A stretch of DNA of 64,000 nucleotides from Dehalococcoidales bacterium (GTDB taxonomy: Bacteria; Chloroflexota; Dehalococcoidia; Dehalococcoidales; RBG-16-60-22): positions 66,223 through 130,222 of the forward strand of contig DAOUMS010000002.1 in NCBI GenBank assembly GCA_034409565.1. Reading direction: 5' to 3'. The translations under genes were made by a program, and so were the position numbers. Below, one piece after another: positions 1 to 11,701 of this stretch (position 1 is the first letter of the stretch; each line of letters opens with the position of its first letter). The notes beneath the pieces were generated by a model. That model did not search any database. It was given only the letters and a program-made list of their open reading frames with translations, and was not told the origin of the DNA.

Positions 1-1
1 T

Positions 2-502
2 CAGGAAATCACCAGACAAAAAATCGCCGGTATGCGTATCCGCTGCCACGGCGACTACCACCTGGGTCAGGTGCTCTACACGGGTGATGACTTCGTCATC
101 ATTGACTTTGAAGGCGAACCGGCCCGCTATCTCACCGAGCGACGCATCAAGCGCTCCCCGCTCAGGGATGTGGCGGGCATGATACGCTCTTTCCATTACG
201 CCGCCTACGTTGCGCTGCGCAGCCGGGCAGACACAGTGCTTCGTGAGGAGGACCTCCCGGTACTGGAGGAGTGGTCGAAAGCCTGGTACCTCTGGGTATC
301 GGTGGCGTTTCTCAAGGCTTATCTGGAACTGGTTTCTGATTTACCGGTACTGCCTGCCTCCAAGGAAGGTAGAAAAGTCCTCCTCGATGCGTACCTCATG
401 GAGAAAGCCCTTTATGAGGTAAACTACGAACTGAACAACCGGCCGGACTGGGTTCATCTGCCACTTCAAGGCGTCCTGCAGATACTGGAAGCTGAAGAGT
501 AA
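2..502 (+). CDS. mak: Maltokinase (Mak/Pep2-type), C-terminal fragment; 5-prime end lies outside the window
   Basis: The frame is open from nt 2. HGDYHLGQVL..VIIDFEGEP..RSPLRDVAGMIRSFHYAAY matches the catalytic-loop/DFE region of maltokinases. It heads the alpha-glucan operon. Confidence 0.75.
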   Translation, partial: QEITRQKIAGMRIRCHGDYHLGQVLYTGDDFVIIDFEGEPARYLTERRIKRSPLRDVAGMIRSFHYAAYVALRSRADTVLREEDLPVLEEWSKAWYLWVSVAFLKAYLELVSDLPVLPASKEGRKVLLDAYLMEKALYEVNYELNNRPDWVHLPLQGVLQILEAEE

Positions 503-503
503 G

Positions 504-2636
504 ATGGGTGCGGTGACAGGGCCTCTCCACGAACTTGCCCGCCTCTACGGTGTGCAGACGGCATATTACAACGTTCTTCACCAGCACCGGCCGGCCTCTG
601 CGGACACGCTGTTTGCCATCCTGAAAGCCCTGGGGACGCCTCTGGAAAGGCTGGAGGACGTCCCTTCGGCTCTGCGGGAGCAGCGAAAAGAGCTCTGGCA
701 GCGCTCCCTGGCGCCGGTGGCTGTGGCCTGGAATGGTAACCTCTCTGCGCTCAGTTTGCGGCTTCCTTCCTCCCTGGCTGATACTAAGTTGGTCTGCCAT
801 CTGGCGATGGAGAACGGCGAGCGCCGGGAACAGTCATATCTTGCCGGCGACCTCAAGACGCTGGAAACGAAAGAAGTGGAGGGGACGAGATACGAAGTGA
901 AGGAACTCTATTGGAAAGGCATATTGCCACCCGGCTACCACTGGCTTTCGTTTCAAATCAGGGGAGAAACTGCCGAGACCCTGGTCATCTCCGCCCCCGT
1001 CACGTTTTACTGTCCTCCGGAAGCGGAGGCATCCCTGAGGTGGGGAGTTTTTATACCCCTGTATGCCCTCACCAGCGGAAAGGGGTGGGGCAGCGGCGAC
1101 CTTTCCGACCTCCAGGCACTCGTTTCGTGGGTGGGGGATATGGGGGGAAACATCGTCGGCATGCTGCCGATGCTCGCCTCTTTTCTTGACGACACCTTGG
1201 ACCCGAGTCCGTACACCCCGGCCAGTCGGCTCCTCTGGAACGAGTTTTACCTCGATATTATGAGCGTACCGGAGCTGGAGAGCTGCCCGAAAGCGCAGGC
1301 CCTTCTGGCATCGGCGCCATTTCAGCAGGATATTGAGTCGCTGCGTAACGCGTCTCAGGTGGATTACCAGCGCATTATGCTAAAGAAACGGCAGGTTCTG
1401 GAAGAGTTATGCTGGTGCCTGTTCGCCGTACCCTCAAAACGTCGCGACGCGCTTCTACGTTTCATTAAATCAAACCCGGTCGTTGAGGACTACGCCTGTT
1501 TCCGCGCCGCCAGAGAACGGCATGGGCCTTCATGGCAAGCGTGGCCTCAGCCACTGGCCAGTGGCGTTATCGGGAAAGAAGACTATGACGAGGAAGCAAA
1601 ACGCTATTATCTCTACTCCCAGTGGCTGGTACAGGAACAGGTAGAGCACCTGCGGAAAACAGCGCGAGCCAGCAATGTTATGCTGTACTTGGACCTCCCG
1701 CTCGGCATTCATCCCGAGGGCTATGACGTCTGGTGGGAGCGCGATGCTTTCCTTTCTGGCATATCCGCCGGGGCACCTCCAGATGCCGTTTTCACCAGGG
1801 GACAGGACTGGGGCTTCCCGCCACTGCACCCGGAAAGGATACGGGGACAGGGCTACCGCTACTTCATTGCCTATCTGCGCCATCACCTAGAATCGGCCGG
1901 CGTGCTGCGCATTGACCATGTCATGGGGTTGCACCGCCTCTTCTGCATACCGAAAGGTATGTCTGCCAGCGAGGGCACATATGTGCGTTACCACCCTGAT
2001 GAACTCTACGCTATTTTATCCCTTGAGTCCCACCGCAGCCGGACGGTAATCGTCGGGGAGGACCTGGGCACGGTGCCTCCCTATGTCCGGCCGATGATGA
2101 AAAAGCACGGCGTCCACCGTATGTACGTTATGCACTACGAACTCGCCTCCGCTGGCACAGGGCAAATCCTCAAACCCGTTCCCGCTAAAGCCATTGCCAG
2201 CCTTAATACCCACGATATGTTTCCCTTTGCTGCCGTCTGGGACGGGACGGACATAGCGCAAAGGGCAGCCATTGGCCTTCTGGATAAGGCAGCGGCCAAC
2301 AGGGAGAGAAGGTTCTGGGAGGAAAGGAAAAGAGCGCTGGTCAGATTCTTGAAGGAAAAAGGTTTTCTGGATGAGACCCCGGCCAGCGCTGAAGCCGTGC
2401 TGAAAGCCTGTCTGGCGTTTTTGAGTGCCAGCGACGCCGCCATGGTGCTGGTCAACCTGGAAGACCTCTGGCTTGAGACCAGACCACAGAACATACCGAG
2501 CACCGCTGATGACGTTTATCCCAACTGGCGCCACAAGGCCCGCTACCACCTTGACGAACTTTGCCAGATGCCCCAGGTAGTTGCTACACTACGTATGGTG
2601 GACCGAATCCGAAGGAGAGGGGAAACGCCGCGATGA
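504..2636 (+). CDS. malQ: 4-alpha-glucanotransferase (amylomaltase, GH77), long form with N-terminal extension
   Basis: GH77-like motifs are present: [39 protein letters not shown]. The ATG lies 1 nt after the mak stop. Confidence 0.9.
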   Translation: MGAVTGPLHELARLYGVQTAYYNVLHQHRPASADTLFAILKALGTPLERLEDVPSALREQRKELWQRSLAPVAVAWNGNLSALSLRLPSSLADTKLVCHLAMENGERREQSYLAGDLKTLETKEVEGTRYEVKELYWKGILPPGYHWLSFQIRGETAETLVISAPVTFYCPPEAEASLRWGVFIPLYALTSGKGWGSGDLSDLQALVSWVGDMGGNIVGMLPMLASFLDDTLDPSPYTPASRLLWNEFYLDIMSVPELESCPKAQALLASAPFQQDIESLRNASQVDYQRIMLKKRQVLEELCWCLFAVPSKRRDALLRFIKSNPVVEDYACFRAARERHGPSWQAWPQPLASGVIGKEDYDEEAKRYYLYSQWLVQEQVEHLRKTARASNVMLYLDLPLGIHPEGYDVWWERDAFLSGISAGAPPDAVFTRGQDWGFPPLHPERIRGQGYRYFIAYLRHHLESAGVLRIDHVMGLHRLFCIPKGMSASEGTYVRYHPDELYAILSLESHRSRTVIVGEDLGTVPPYVRPMMKKHGVHRMYVMHYELASAGTGQILKPVPAKAIASLNTHDMFPFAAVWDGTDIAQRAAIGLLDKAAANRERRFWEERKRALVRFLKEKGFLDETPASAEAVLKACLAFLSASDAAMVLVNLEDLWLETRPQNIPSTADDVYPNWRHKARYHLDELCQMPQVVATLRMVDRIRRRGETPR

Positions 2637-4594
2637 CACGGAAAAAGGGGCCTAAAACGAGCTTGAAGGGTACCGGAGGCGTGTCCTATGAGGTGCCGCT
2701 TCTTTCTGATGATGACCTCTACCTGTTCAACGAAGGCTCACACTACCGGCTTTATGAGAAGCTGGGCGCGCACCCCGCCTCTGCTGGTGCGGAACAGGGA
2801 ACATACTTTGCCGTATGGGCACCTGATGCCCGGCAGGTCTCCGTCGTGGGCGATTTCAACGGCTGGAACAACAACAGCCACCCTCTTCGACCCCGCGGAC
2901 AGTCCGGCATTTGGGAAGGGTTTATTCCAAATCTGGACCGGGGCCGCCTTTACAAGTACCACATTGTCTCCCGCTACAAGGGATATCAGGTCGACAAGGC
3001 CGACCCGTTTGCCGTTTTCACCGAAATCCCGCCCAAGACGGCGTGCGTTACCTGGGACCTGGAATACTCATGGGGGGACAGGGAATGGATGACAGAGCGG
3101 CGCCGTCGCAATGCGCTTGATGCCCCCATCTCCGTCTACGAGGTGCACCTTGGCTCCTGGCAAAGGGTGCCGGACGAAAAATATCGGTCGCTCTCATACC
3201 GTGAAATGGCACCGCTGCTGGCTGACTACGCCAACAAGATGGGGTTTACCCACGTGGAATTCCTGCCGGTGATGGAGCACCCCTTTTTCGGCTCGTGGGG
3301 TTACCAGACAACCGGTTACTTTGCCCCCTCCGGCCGCTACGGTACCCCCCAGGACTTCATGTACCTGGTTGACCACCTGCACCAGCAGGGCATCGGTGTC
3401 ATTCTGGACTGGGTGCCCTCTCATTTCCCCACCGATGAGCACGGGCTGGGCTTCTTTGACGGCACGCATCTGTATGAGCACGCCGACATGAGGAAGGGCT
3501 TTCACCCCGACTGGAACAGCTACATCTTCAATTACGGGCGCAGCGAGGTGTGCAACTTCCTCATCAGCAACGCCCTTTTCTGGCTGGACAAGTACCACGT
3601 TGACGGACTGCGCGTGGACGCCGTTGCCTCCATGCTCTACTTGGACTACTCGCGTAAAAAGGGGGAGTGGCTCCCGAACAATTACGGGGGGCGGGAGAAC
3701 CTGGAAGCCCTCGATTTTTTGCGTAAGCTCAATCAGGAGATATACCTGAACTTTCCTGACGTGCAGACCGTCGCCGAAGAGTCCACTGCTTGGCCCATGG
3801 TATCGCGGCCGACCTACCTCGGCGGGCTCGGCTTCGGCCTGAAGTGGGATATGGGCTGGATGCACGACACGTTGCAGTACATGAGCCGGAACCCTGTCCA
3901 CCGCAAGTACCATCACAATGACCTCACCTTCCGCATGTTATACGCCTTCAGTGAAAATTTCATTCTGCCCCTCTCCCACGATGAGGTGGTCTACGGCAAG
4001 GGCTCTCTCCTGGGTAAGATGCCCGGAGATGACTGGCAGAAACTGGCCAATTTACGGCTCCTTTTAGGTTATATGTATGCGCAGCCGGCAAAGAAACTGC
4101 TCTTCATGGGCGGTGAGTTCGGGCAGTGGAGCGAATGGCGCCACGACGGCAGCCTGGACTGGTACCTGCTGGACTATGACCGGCACGCCGCCATGCAGAG
4201 GTGGGTGCAGGCGCTAAACCGAGTCTACCGCAGCGAAACGGCGCTGCACGAGCTTGACTGTGAGCCGGCCGGCTTTGAATGGATTGATACGGCTGATGCT
4301 TTGCATAGTACCCTCAGCTTCATACGGCGGGGGAAGTCAGATGATACCCCTGTCCTCGTGGTGTGCAATTTCACGCCGACGATGCATACCCAGTATAAAG
4401 TGGGTGTACCGTGCGGCGGCCAGTGGGTCGAGCTCCTGAACAGCGATGCTGCTGAGTACGGCGGCAGCGGCCGGAGAAACCCGGAGAGCATCAAGGCTGC
4501 CGCTGCGGGCTGCCATGGTCGTCCCTATTCTCTTACCATCACCCTTCCGCCGCTGTCTATCGTTTTCTTCAGACCGAGGAAACGAGGAAAGTGA
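2633..4594 (+). CDS. glgB: 1,4-alpha-glucan branching enzyme (GH13)
   Basis: Motifs [41 protein letters not shown] and LSHDEV are present. I moved the start to ATG 2633 (MTRKKG), which overlaps the malQ stop as ATGA and follows GAAGGAGAGGGG. The track start at 2561 would overlap malQ by 76 nt. Confidence 0.92.
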   Translation: MTRKKGPKTSLKGTGGVSYEVPLLSDDDLYLFNEGSHYRLYEKLGAHPASAGAEQGTYFAVWAPDARQVSVVGDFNGWNNNSHPLRPRGQSGIWEGFIPNLDRGRLYKYHIVSRYKGYQVDKADPFAVFTEIPPKTACVTWDLEYSWGDREWMTERRRRNALDAPISVYEVHLGSWQRVPDEKYRSLSYREMAPLLADYANKMGFTHVEFLPVMEHPFFGSWGYQTTGYFAPSGRYGTPQDFMYLVDHLHQQGIGVILDWVPSHFPTDEHGLGFFDGTHLYEHADMRKGFHPDWNSYIFNYGRSEVCNFLISNALFWLDKYHVDGLRVDAVASMLYLDYSRKKGEWLPNNYGGRENLEALDFLRKLNQEIYLNFPDVQTVAEESTAWPMVSRPTYLGGLGFGLKWDMGWMHDTLQYMSRNPVHRKYHHNDLTFRMLYAFSENFILPLSHDEVVYGKGSLLGKMPGDDWQKLANLRLLLGYMYAQPAKKLLFMGGEFGQWSEWRHDGSLDWYLLDYDRHAAMQRWVQALNRVYRSETALHELDCEPAGFEWIDTADALHSTLSFIRRGKSDDTPVLVVCNFTPTMHTQYKVGVPCGGQWVELLNSDAAEYGGSGRRNPESIKAAAAGCHGRPYSLTITLPPLSIVFFRPRKRGK

Positions 4595-6432
4595 AAGCGC
4601 AGGGTTTACCCGGTGCCACCTACCTCGGCGATGGACGCTGCCAGTTCCTTGTCTGGGCGCCGTCGGCAAAAACGGTTGAAGTCCGCCTCACTGTGCCCGA
4701 GGAGCGTGTGCTTCCCCTTAAAAAAGATAGCAAAGGTTATCATCTTACCATCGCCGAAAATTTGATGCCTGACTCTCTTTACTTCTACCGCCTCGATGGA
4801 AAGATTGAGCGCCCTGACCCGGCCTCGCGCTTCCAGCCGCAGGGCGTCCACGGCCCCTCTCAGGTGGTAGATAGTAAATTCCCTTGGGGGGACGCAGGCT
4901 GGACCGGCCTGCCGCTTGAGGACTATATTATCTACGAGCTGCACACCGGAACGTTCACTGCCGAGGGCACCTTCACCGCCATCATCCCCCACCTCGATAA
5001 GCTCAAAGAGCTGGGAATTACCGCCCTGGAGCTTATGCCGGTGGCGCAGTTCCCGGGGAACCGCAACTGGGGCTATGACGGGGTGTACCCCTTCGCCGTG
5101 CAGGCGTCTTATGGCGGCCCTGAGGGCTTGAAGCAGCTCGTTGACGCCTGCCACCGTCAGGGGCTCGCCGTCATTCTGGACGTGGTCTACAACCACCTCG
5201 GGCCGGAGGGCAACTACCTTGCCGACTTCGGGCCGTACTTCACCGGGCACTACCAGACGCCGTGGGGGCGAGCGCTGAACTTTGACGGGCACGATAGCGA
5301 TGAGGTGCGTCGTTTCTTCATGGAAAACGCGCTTTACTGGATACGGGAGTTCCACATTGATGCCCTGAGACTGGACGCCCTCCACGCCATACTTGATATG
5401 TCTCCCTTCACCTTCATAGAAGAACTGGCGCACTCGGTGCACGCTGAAGCCAGGAGACTGAAGCGCCGTGTATACGTCATCGGGGAGAGCGCTGCCAACG
5501 ACGTCCGCCTTATCCGAGATGTCCCGTCAGGGGGCTACGGACTTGATGCCCAGTGGAATGACGACTTTCACCACGCGGTTCACGTCCTGCTTACCAGCGA
5601 AAAGACCGGCTACTATCAGGACTACGGGGAATTCAGACAGCTGGTCAAAGCTTTTGAACAGGGTTTTGTTTATTCCGGAGAGTATTCCGCCTACCGCCGG
5701 CGCAGACACGGCACATCCTCGGCGGCTATCCCCGCCGGGCGCTTCGTCGTCTTCATGCAGAACCACGACCAGGTGGGTAATCGCGCTCAGGGCGACCGCC
5801 TGAGTGGTATTGTCTCCTTTGAGAAGCTGAAGCTTGCCGCTGCCCTCTACTTGCTCTCGCCCTTCGTCCCCCTTGTTTTCATGGGCGAGGAGTACGGTGA
5901 GACAGCGCCCTTCCCCTACTTCGTCAGCCACTCGGAGCCAGCCCTGATTGAAGCAGTGCGCCGGGGCCGTCGCGAGGAGTTCGCCGTCTTCCGCCGGCAG
6001 GGGGAGATACCCGACCCTCAGGATGAGGCAACTTTTGAAAGTGCCCGCCTTCATCATCATCTGCGTCAGGCAAGCGAGCACCGGACATTACTGGCCTATT
6101 ATCAGGCGCTTATCCGCCTGCGCCAGCAGGTGCCTGCCCTGCGCAACCCGGACAGGAAAACGATGAAAGTCACCAGCGATGAGAAAGCAAAAATTCTTTG
6201 GCTGCATCGCTGGCAGTCGGGAAGTGAAGCGGTTATAATTTATAACTGTGGGGAGGATGAGTCCGTGGTGAACTTGCCAGTGCCGGGGGGGAGGTGGCGG
6301 AAGCTGCTTGATTCAGCAGATGAGGTGTGGGGAGGTGGTGGCAGCACCATCCCCGAGATATTACAATCCCGGGGAGAACTCACCATCCAGTTCGCGCCCG
6401 CGTCCGTGGTGCTGTTTGTCAGGGAGAAATAA
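4591..6432 (+). CDS. treZ: Malto-oligosyltrehalose trehalohydrolase (GH13)
   Basis: Motifs [28 protein letters not shown] and [11 protein letters not shown] are present, with an N-terminal CBM48-like FLVWAP segment. The GTG start overlaps the glgB stop (GTGA). Confidence 0.85.
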   Translation: MKAQGLPGATYLGDGRCQFLVWAPSAKTVEVRLTVPEERVLPLKKDSKGYHLTIAENLMPDSLYFYRLDGKIERPDPASRFQPQGVHGPSQVVDSKFPWGDAGWTGLPLEDYIIYELHTGTFTAEGTFTAIIPHLDKLKELGITALELMPVAQFPGNRNWGYDGVYPFAVQASYGGPEGLKQLVDACHRQGLAVILDVVYNHLGPEGNYLADFGPYFTGHYQTPWGRALNFDGHDSDEVRRFFMENALYWIREFHIDALRLDALHAILDMSPFTFIEELAHSVHAEARRLKRRVYVIGESAANDVRLIRDVPSGGYGLDAQWNDDFHHAVHVLLTSEKTGYYQDYGEFRQLVKAFEQGFVYSGEYSAYRRRRHGTSSAAIPAGRFVVFMQNHDQVGNRAQGDRLSGIVSFEKLKLAAALYLLSPFVPLVFMGEEYGETAPFPYFVSHSEPALIEAVRRGRREEFAVFRRQGEIPDPQDEATFESARLHHHLRQASEHRTLLAYYQALIRLRQQVPALRNPDRKTMKVTSDEKAKILWLHRWQSGSEAVIIYNCGEDESVVNLPVPGGRWRKLLDSADEVWGGGGSTIPEILQSRGELTIQFAPASVVLFVREK

Positions 6433-6433
6433 C

Positions 6434-8860
6434 ATGGAACGATACATCTGCGTACACGGTCACTTTTACCAGCCGCCGCGGGAAAACGCCTGGCTGGAAT
6501 ACGTGGAGCTTCAGGACTCGGCCTATCCATTTCACGACTGGAACGAGCGCATCACCGCTGAGTGCTACGCGCCCAACGGCGTTTCCCGCATCCTCGATGG
6601 CGAGAACTACATTACCAAGATTGTCAACAACTACGCCAGAATCAGCTTCAACTTCGGGCCGACGCTGCTCTCCTGGCTGCAAGAGCACGCGCCGGAGGCC
6701 TATCAGACCATCATTGACGCTGATAAAGAGAGCCAGCAGCACTTCTCCGGACACGGCTCGGCGCTGGCCCAGGCGTACAGTCACCTGATAATGCCGCTGG
6801 CCAACAGGCGGGATAAATATACCCAGGTCCTGTGGGGAATGAGGGACTTCGAGCGGCGCTTCGGCCGGAAACCGGAGGGGATGTGGCTTCCCGAGACGGC
6901 GGTGGACATGGAGACCCTTGATATCATGGCCGAGATGGGGCTGAAGTTCACCATCCTCGCCCCCCACCAGGCCGGGCGGGTGCGCTCTCTGGGCAGCGAA
7001 GCCTGGGCCGATGTGGGCGGTGACAAGGTTGACCCCACCATGGCCTATCTTGTCAACCTGCCCTCAGGTAGGACTTTCAACCTTTTCTTTTATGATGGCC
7101 CCACCTCCCGCAGCGTAGCCTTTGCCGACACCTTAAGCAACGGTGAGAACTTCGCCAATCTCCTGACGGCCGCTTTTTCCGACAAGCGTAGCTGGCCGCA
7201 GCTGGTCAACATCGCCAGCGACGGCGAGACTTATGGGCACCACCACCGCTTCGCCGATATGGCGCTGGCCTACGCCCTCAACTATATAGAAGAGAAAAAT
7301 TTAGCCAGAATCACCAACTACGGGGAATTCCTGGAAAAGCACCCCCCCACCCACGAGGTGGAGATAATGGAGAACACCTCCTGGAGCTGCGCCCACGGCG
7401 TCGAGCGCTGGCGGAGCGACTGCGGGGATAGTTCAGGTAGACATGCAAAGTGGAACCAGGCCTGGCGTGCTCCGCTGCGCGAGGCGATGGACTGGCTGCG
7501 CGATACCATGATACCTCAGTACGAAAATAAGGTCAGGGAGCTGCTCAAAGACCCGTGGGCGGCCAGGGATACCTATATAGACGTCATCCTTGACCGTTCC
7601 CCGGAAAACGTGGCTCAGTTCTTCAGCCAGCAGGCGAGTCGTGAACTGAACGAAGCGGAACGGGTGACGGCCCTCAAGCTGCTTGAGCTCCAGCGCCACG
7701 CCATGCTCATGTATACCAGCTGCGGCTGGTTTTTCGACGACCCTTCCGGCATCGAGACGGTGCAGGTCATCCAGTACGCCGGCCGGGTGGTGCAGCTGGC
7801 CCAGGAGCTCTTCGGCGATGATGCTGAAGAGAAATTCCTGTCCATTCTGGAGAAGGCAAAGAGCAATGTCCGCGAGATGGGCGATGGGCGCCGCATCTAC
7901 GAGATGTTCGTCAGGCCGGCCATAGTTGACCTCATCAAGGTCACCGCCCACTACGCCATAAGCTCGCTTTTTGAAAGCTACGGCGAGCAAACGAAGACAT
8001 TTTGCTACTTTGTCAACACCGAGGACTACCAGACAGCCGAGTGCGGGAAGGCCAGGCTCGCCGCGGGGCGGGCCAGAGTAACCTCCGAGATAACGCAGGA
8101 GCAGGCTACGCTCAGCTTCGGCGTGCTCCATTTCGGCGACCATAACCTCAATGCCGGCGTGCGGCAGTACCAGGGCGAGGAAGCATATCAGACCATGCTC
8201 CAGGAGACGACGCAGACCTGCCATGCTGCCGACTTCCCCGAGGTCATCCGTCTGCTGGACAAGCACTTCGGCAGTTCCACCTATTCGCTGCGCTCTCTTT
8301 TTCGTGACGAGCAACGCAAGGTGCTGGGCTACATTCTGGAGTCAACTATTTCCGAGATTGAAACCGCCTACCGCCAGCTCTACGAAAACCACTTCCCCGC
8401 CATGCGCTTTCTCACCGAGATGGGAGGGCCGGTGCCCAAGGCCTTCCACTCCGCCGCCGAGCTCATCCTGAATATTGACCTGCACCGGGCGCTGAAAAGC
8501 GACACTTTTGAAGTAGAGACCATCAAGAGTCTGGTGGGCACCGCCGATTCTTGGCAAGTGGACCTGGACATGGATGGGCTGGCCTACGATTTCAAGGTCT
8601 CGCTGGAAGGCATGATAGCGGCGTTCACCCAGGCACCGGAGGATACCGCCAAGCTACAGGTTATCGTTGACGCTGTCGCCCTGGCCCATTCCATGCCCTT
8701 TACCGTTGACCTTTGGCAGACGCAGAACCAGTTCTATGGGATGCTCAGCAGCACCCGTCCCGCCTACCAGCAGCGGGCCGACGGCGGAGATGAGGCCGCC
8801 AAAGGGTGGCTGGCCGCCTTCCACAACCTCGGGGAGCAGCTTCAGATAAGGGGCGCGTAG
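6434..8860 (+). CDS. Glycoside hydrolase family 57 protein with long C-terminal extension
   Basis: It carries the HGHFYQPPRENAW, WLPETAVD and SDGETYGHHH motifs typical of GH57. I set the start to ATG 6434 (MERYICVHGH), 1 nt after the treZ stop, because the track start at 6308 overlaps treZ. Confidence 0.8.
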   Translation: MERYICVHGHFYQPPRENAWLEYVELQDSAYPFHDWNERITAECYAPNGVSRILDGENYITKIVNNYARISFNFGPTLLSWLQEHAPEAYQTIIDADKESQQHFSGHGSALAQAYSHLIMPLANRRDKYTQVLWGMRDFERRFGRKPEGMWLPETAVDMETLDIMAEMGLKFTILAPHQAGRVRSLGSEAWADVGGDKVDPTMAYLVNLPSGRTFNLFFYDGPTSRSVAFADTLSNGENFANLLTAAFSDKRSWPQLVNIASDGETYGHHHRFADMALAYALNYIEEKNLARITNYGEFLEKHPPTHEVEIMENTSWSCAHGVERWRSDCGDSSGRHAKWNQAWRAPLREAMDWLRDTMIPQYENKVRELLKDPWAARDTYIDVILDRSPENVAQFFSQQASRELNEAERVTALKLLELQRHAMLMYTSCGWFFDDPSGIETVQVIQYAGRVVQLAQELFGDDAEEKFLSILEKAKSNVREMGDGRRIYEMFVRPAIVDLIKVTAHYAISSLFESYGEQTKTFCYFVNTEDYQTAECGKARLAAGRARVTSEITQEQATLSFGVLHFGDHNLNAGVRQYQGEEAYQTMLQETTQTCHAADFPEVIRLLDKHFGSSTYSLRSLFRDEQRKVLGYILESTISEIETAYRQLYENHFPAMRFLTEMGGPVPKAFHSAAELILNIDLHRALKSDTFEVETIKSLVGTADSWQVDLDMDGLAYDFKVSLEGMIAAFTQAPEDTAKLQVIVDAVALAHSMPFTVDLWQTQNQFYGMLSSTRPAYQQRADGGDEAAKGWLAAFHNLGEQLQIRGA

Positions 8861-11680
8861 ATGACCAGCGTGCACATACCGGCAGCGACCTACCGGCTGC
8901 AGTTGAATCATGCCTTCGGTTTCCAGGATGCCCTGAAACTCGTGCCCTACCTGAAAAGCCTGGGCATCTCAGACCTCTACCTTCCCCCCATCTTAAAGGC
9001 GAGAGCCGGCAGCCGCCACGGGTACGATGTGGTCGACCCGTGCCGTCTCAACCCGGAACTGGGCACAGCCGGGGATTTCGAAAACCTAGTCGAGCAGCTG
9101 AGGCAACAGGGAATGGGACTGCTGTTGGATATTGTCCCCAACCACATGGCCGCCAGCACTGAGAATGCGTGGTGGACGGACTTTCTGGAGAATGGCGCCC
9201 TTTCGCCCTATGCCGGTTTTTTTGATACCACTCCCGGCGAAAAGGTGGTCCTGCCCATACTGGGCAGTCCGTACCCTCAGGCCCTCCGGGACGGGAGCAT
9301 AACACTTTCGCTGGAAGATTACGGATTTGTCATAAGCAGTGGTGGCACCAGGTTACCGCTGGAAATAAAGTCCTGCCGTCTTGTCCTTTCCCATAGCCTG
9401 TGGTTGCTGGAGCAGAAATTCGGTGGTGATAGCTCTGAGGCGAAGTCTTTGCGCAGGATTGTACAGAGTTTACAGGGCCTGCCGTCGTCGGCCGGGTGGC
9501 GCGTGCGCAAAGCCCCTGCTCATTATCGAAAACGCCAGACGCTGAAGAAAGAAATCTTACGGCTTCTCGGGGAATCACCGGCGCTTGAAACCGCCATCAG
9601 GGAGAGCGTGGCTTTCTTCAACAGCGATGAGGGCAAACCTCACCTTGAAGAGTTGCTCGGTGAGCAGGCTTACCGTCTTGCCTTCTGGCGCACCGGTCTC
9701 AAGGAAATCAACTACCGGCGCTTTTTCGATATCAGCGACCTTGTCGGCATGAGGGTGGAAGACCCCACCGTGTTCCGCAAGACGCACGCGCTGGTTATGG
9801 AACTGGTCCGCTCGGGCAGCGTGACCGGGCTGCGGGTTGACCATATCGATGGCCTGGCCCGGCCGGCGCAGTACCTCGCCCGACTCCAGCGTTGGGCAGT
9901 ATCGGCAGCAGCCACGCCATCAAAAAAACCTTCCCTCTACGCGGTTGCGGAAAAAATCCTCTCCGCCGGTGAAGAGCTGCCCGATAGCTGGCAACTTTTC
10001 GGCACCACCGGCTACGATTTTCTGAATCAGGTAAATGCCCTTTTTATCGACCGTAATGGCGTAAGCCAGCTGGATGAAATTTACCGTCGTTTCACCGGCA
10101 TCGAACAGGATTTCAGCCGTATCGTCTATGAGAAAAAGAGACAGGTGATAGAGGACCTGTTTTCGGCGGAGGTGAAAGAGCTGGGAAACCGCCTATATCA
10201 GATGGCGCAAAAAGATGAACCCGAAGCACACCATTCCGATATGGAGTTCACCGAGGCTTTGGCCACCGTGACCGCGTGCCTGCCGGTATACCGGACATAC
10301 ATCAGGGCTGCCCCCGTAGCGCTTAGAGACAGGCGCTATCTGGAGGACGCCTTTAAACAGGCGTGCCGGTATAACTCGGCTTTATCGCCGCGCGTCCTCT
10401 CTTTTCTGGAGAAACGGCTCTTTTTACAGTTCCCGCAAGGCTTCTCCAGGGAGCGCAAAAATACCTGGCTTGAATTTATCCGGCGCTGGCAGCAGCTCAC
10501 CGGCGCCGTAATGGCCAAGGGCTTTGAAGATACCGCCCTTTACTGCTTCAATTGCCTTATCTCGCGCAATGAGGTGGGCGGTAATCCAGCTTCGTCTGGG
10601 CTTTCCCCTGAGGAGTGCCACCGCTGGAACCAGAGACGCCAGAAACACTGGCCGCACACCATGAACGCCACCGCCACCCATGACACCAAGCGTGGCGAGG
10701 ACGCAAGGGCGCGCCTAAATGTCCTCTCGGAGATACCACAGGAATGGGAAACCCGTCTTGCGCGCTGGCAGGAGCAGAACCGGTCGAAGAAAAAGAGGGT
10801 CAAAGGAATCTATGTGCCGGAGCCTAACATGGAGATATTCCTCTACCAGACGCTCCTCGGCGCTTGGCCTTTTTTCCCGGCAGAGCTGCCAGCCTTCAGA
10901 GAACGCCTGAGAGCTTACCTCATCAAAGCTGCCCGCGAGGCCAAAACCTTCACCAGCTGGCTTGAACCTGACCAGTCCTATGAGGAGGCACTGCTTCAAT
11001 TTGCACAGGAAATACTTGCCGACACACCGGGAAATGCTTTCCTGGCCAACTTTCTTAGTTTCCAGGAGAAAATCGCCTTTTTCGGCAGCCTGAACTCGCT
11101 GGGGCAGCTGCTGGTCAAGATTACCGCGCCCGGCATCCCTGATTTCTACCAGGGGACCGAGCTCTGGGACCTGAGCCTGGTAGACCCGGATAACCGCCGG
11201 CCGGTTGATTTCAAAAGGCGGGAGACGTATCTTAACGAGCTGATGCCGGAGGAAGCTCTGAGCACGACACATCTACTGACAGAGCTGCTCAAGTTCTGGA
11301 AGGACGGACGGGTCAAACTCTATCTAGCCCAGAAGGCAATGCGCTTTCGCAGTGAAAGGGCAAACATATTTCAGGATGGGGAATATCTGCCAGTTCCGGT
11401 TTCCCCGGATATGCAAGAGCACATTTACGCTTTTTGCCGACGCTGCGAAAAAGAATGGACGCTTACCTTGGTACCGAGACTCACCACCAAACTGGTGCCG
11501 ACCGGCGAATTTCCTCTGGGGGAGGTGTGGGGCAAAAGCGAGCTTATTCTTCCTCAGAACGCGCCCCGAAACTGGCGCAATGTCCTGACGGGGGAAGAGA
11601 TAGCTGTGCCGGAAGGAAGAGGACTTGCCATTTCTGAGGTACTGCGCACTTTCCCGGTAGCGCTGATGACCAATTTATAA
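8861..11680 (+). CDS. treY: Malto-oligosyltrehalose synthase (GH13)
   Basis: Motifs YRLQL, LGISDLYLPPI, GYDVVD, LLLDIVPNHM, GLRVDHIDGL and ATATHDTKRGEDARARL are present. The ATG directly follows the GH57 stop. Confidence 0.9.
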   Translation: MTSVHIPAATYRLQLNHAFGFQDALKLVPYLKSLGISDLYLPPILKARAGSRHGYDVVDPCRLNPELGTAGDFENLVEQLRQQGMGLLLDIVPNHMAASTENAWWTDFLENGALSPYAGFFDTTPGEKVVLPILGSPYPQALRDGSITLSLEDYGFVISSGGTRLPLEIKSCRLVLSHSLWLLEQKFGGDSSEAKSLRRIVQSLQGLPSSAGWRVRKAPAHYRKRQTLKKEILRLLGESPALETAIRESVAFFNSDEGKPHLEELLGEQAYRLAFWRTGLKEINYRRFFDISDLVGMRVEDPTVFRKTHALVMELVRSGSVTGLRVDHIDGLARPAQYLARLQRWAVSAAATPSKKPSLYAVAEKILSAGEELPDSWQLFGTTGYDFLNQVNALFIDRNGVSQLDEIYRRFTGIEQDFSRIVYEKKRQVIEDLFSAEVKELGNRLYQMAQKDEPEAHHSDMEFTEALATVTACLPVYRTYIRAAPVALRDRRYLEDAFKQACRYNSALSPRVLSFLEKRLFLQFPQGFSRERKNTWLEFIRRWQQLTGAVMAKGFEDTALYCFNCLISRNEVGGNPASSGLSPEECHRWNQRRQKHWPHTMNATATHDTKRGEDARARLNVLSEIPQEWETRLARWQEQNRSKKKRVKGIYVPEPNMEIFLYQTLLGAWPFFPAELPAFRERLRAYLIKAAREAKTFTSWLEPDQSYEEALLQFAQEILADTPGNAFLANFLSFQEKIAFFGSLNSLGQLLVKITAPGIPDFYQGTELWDLSLVDPDNRRPVDFKRRETYLNELMPEEALSTTHLLTELLKFWKDGRVKLYLAQKAMRFRSERANIFQDGEYLPVPVSPDMQEHIYAFCRRCEKEWTLTLVPRLTTKLVPTGEFPLGEVWGKSELILPQNAPRNWRNVLTGEEIAVPEGRGLAISEVLRTFPVALMTNL

Positions 11681-11701
11681 AGGGGCCTTGAGCAAATCAG
11701 G

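Noticed and set aside
2561-2632. N-terminal extensions proposed by the ORF track: glgB from 2561, GH57 from 6308, IPMDH-like to 16217, MDR dehydrogenase to 53539, permease to 42722.
   Set aside because: Each extension overlaps the upstream gene or lacks an SD. In each case an internal ATG with an SD or stop-start coupling gives a family-typical N-terminus.
3194-3916. A 240-aa minus-strand ORF inside glgB. Similar long antisense ORFs occur at 4606-5442, 5527-6081, 6419-6967 and 7433-8314.
   Set aside because: They lie entirely antisense to genes with strong family motifs. They have Arg/Gly/Pro/Val-rich composition with no recognisable motifs. These are typical shadow ORFs of GC-rich coding DNA.
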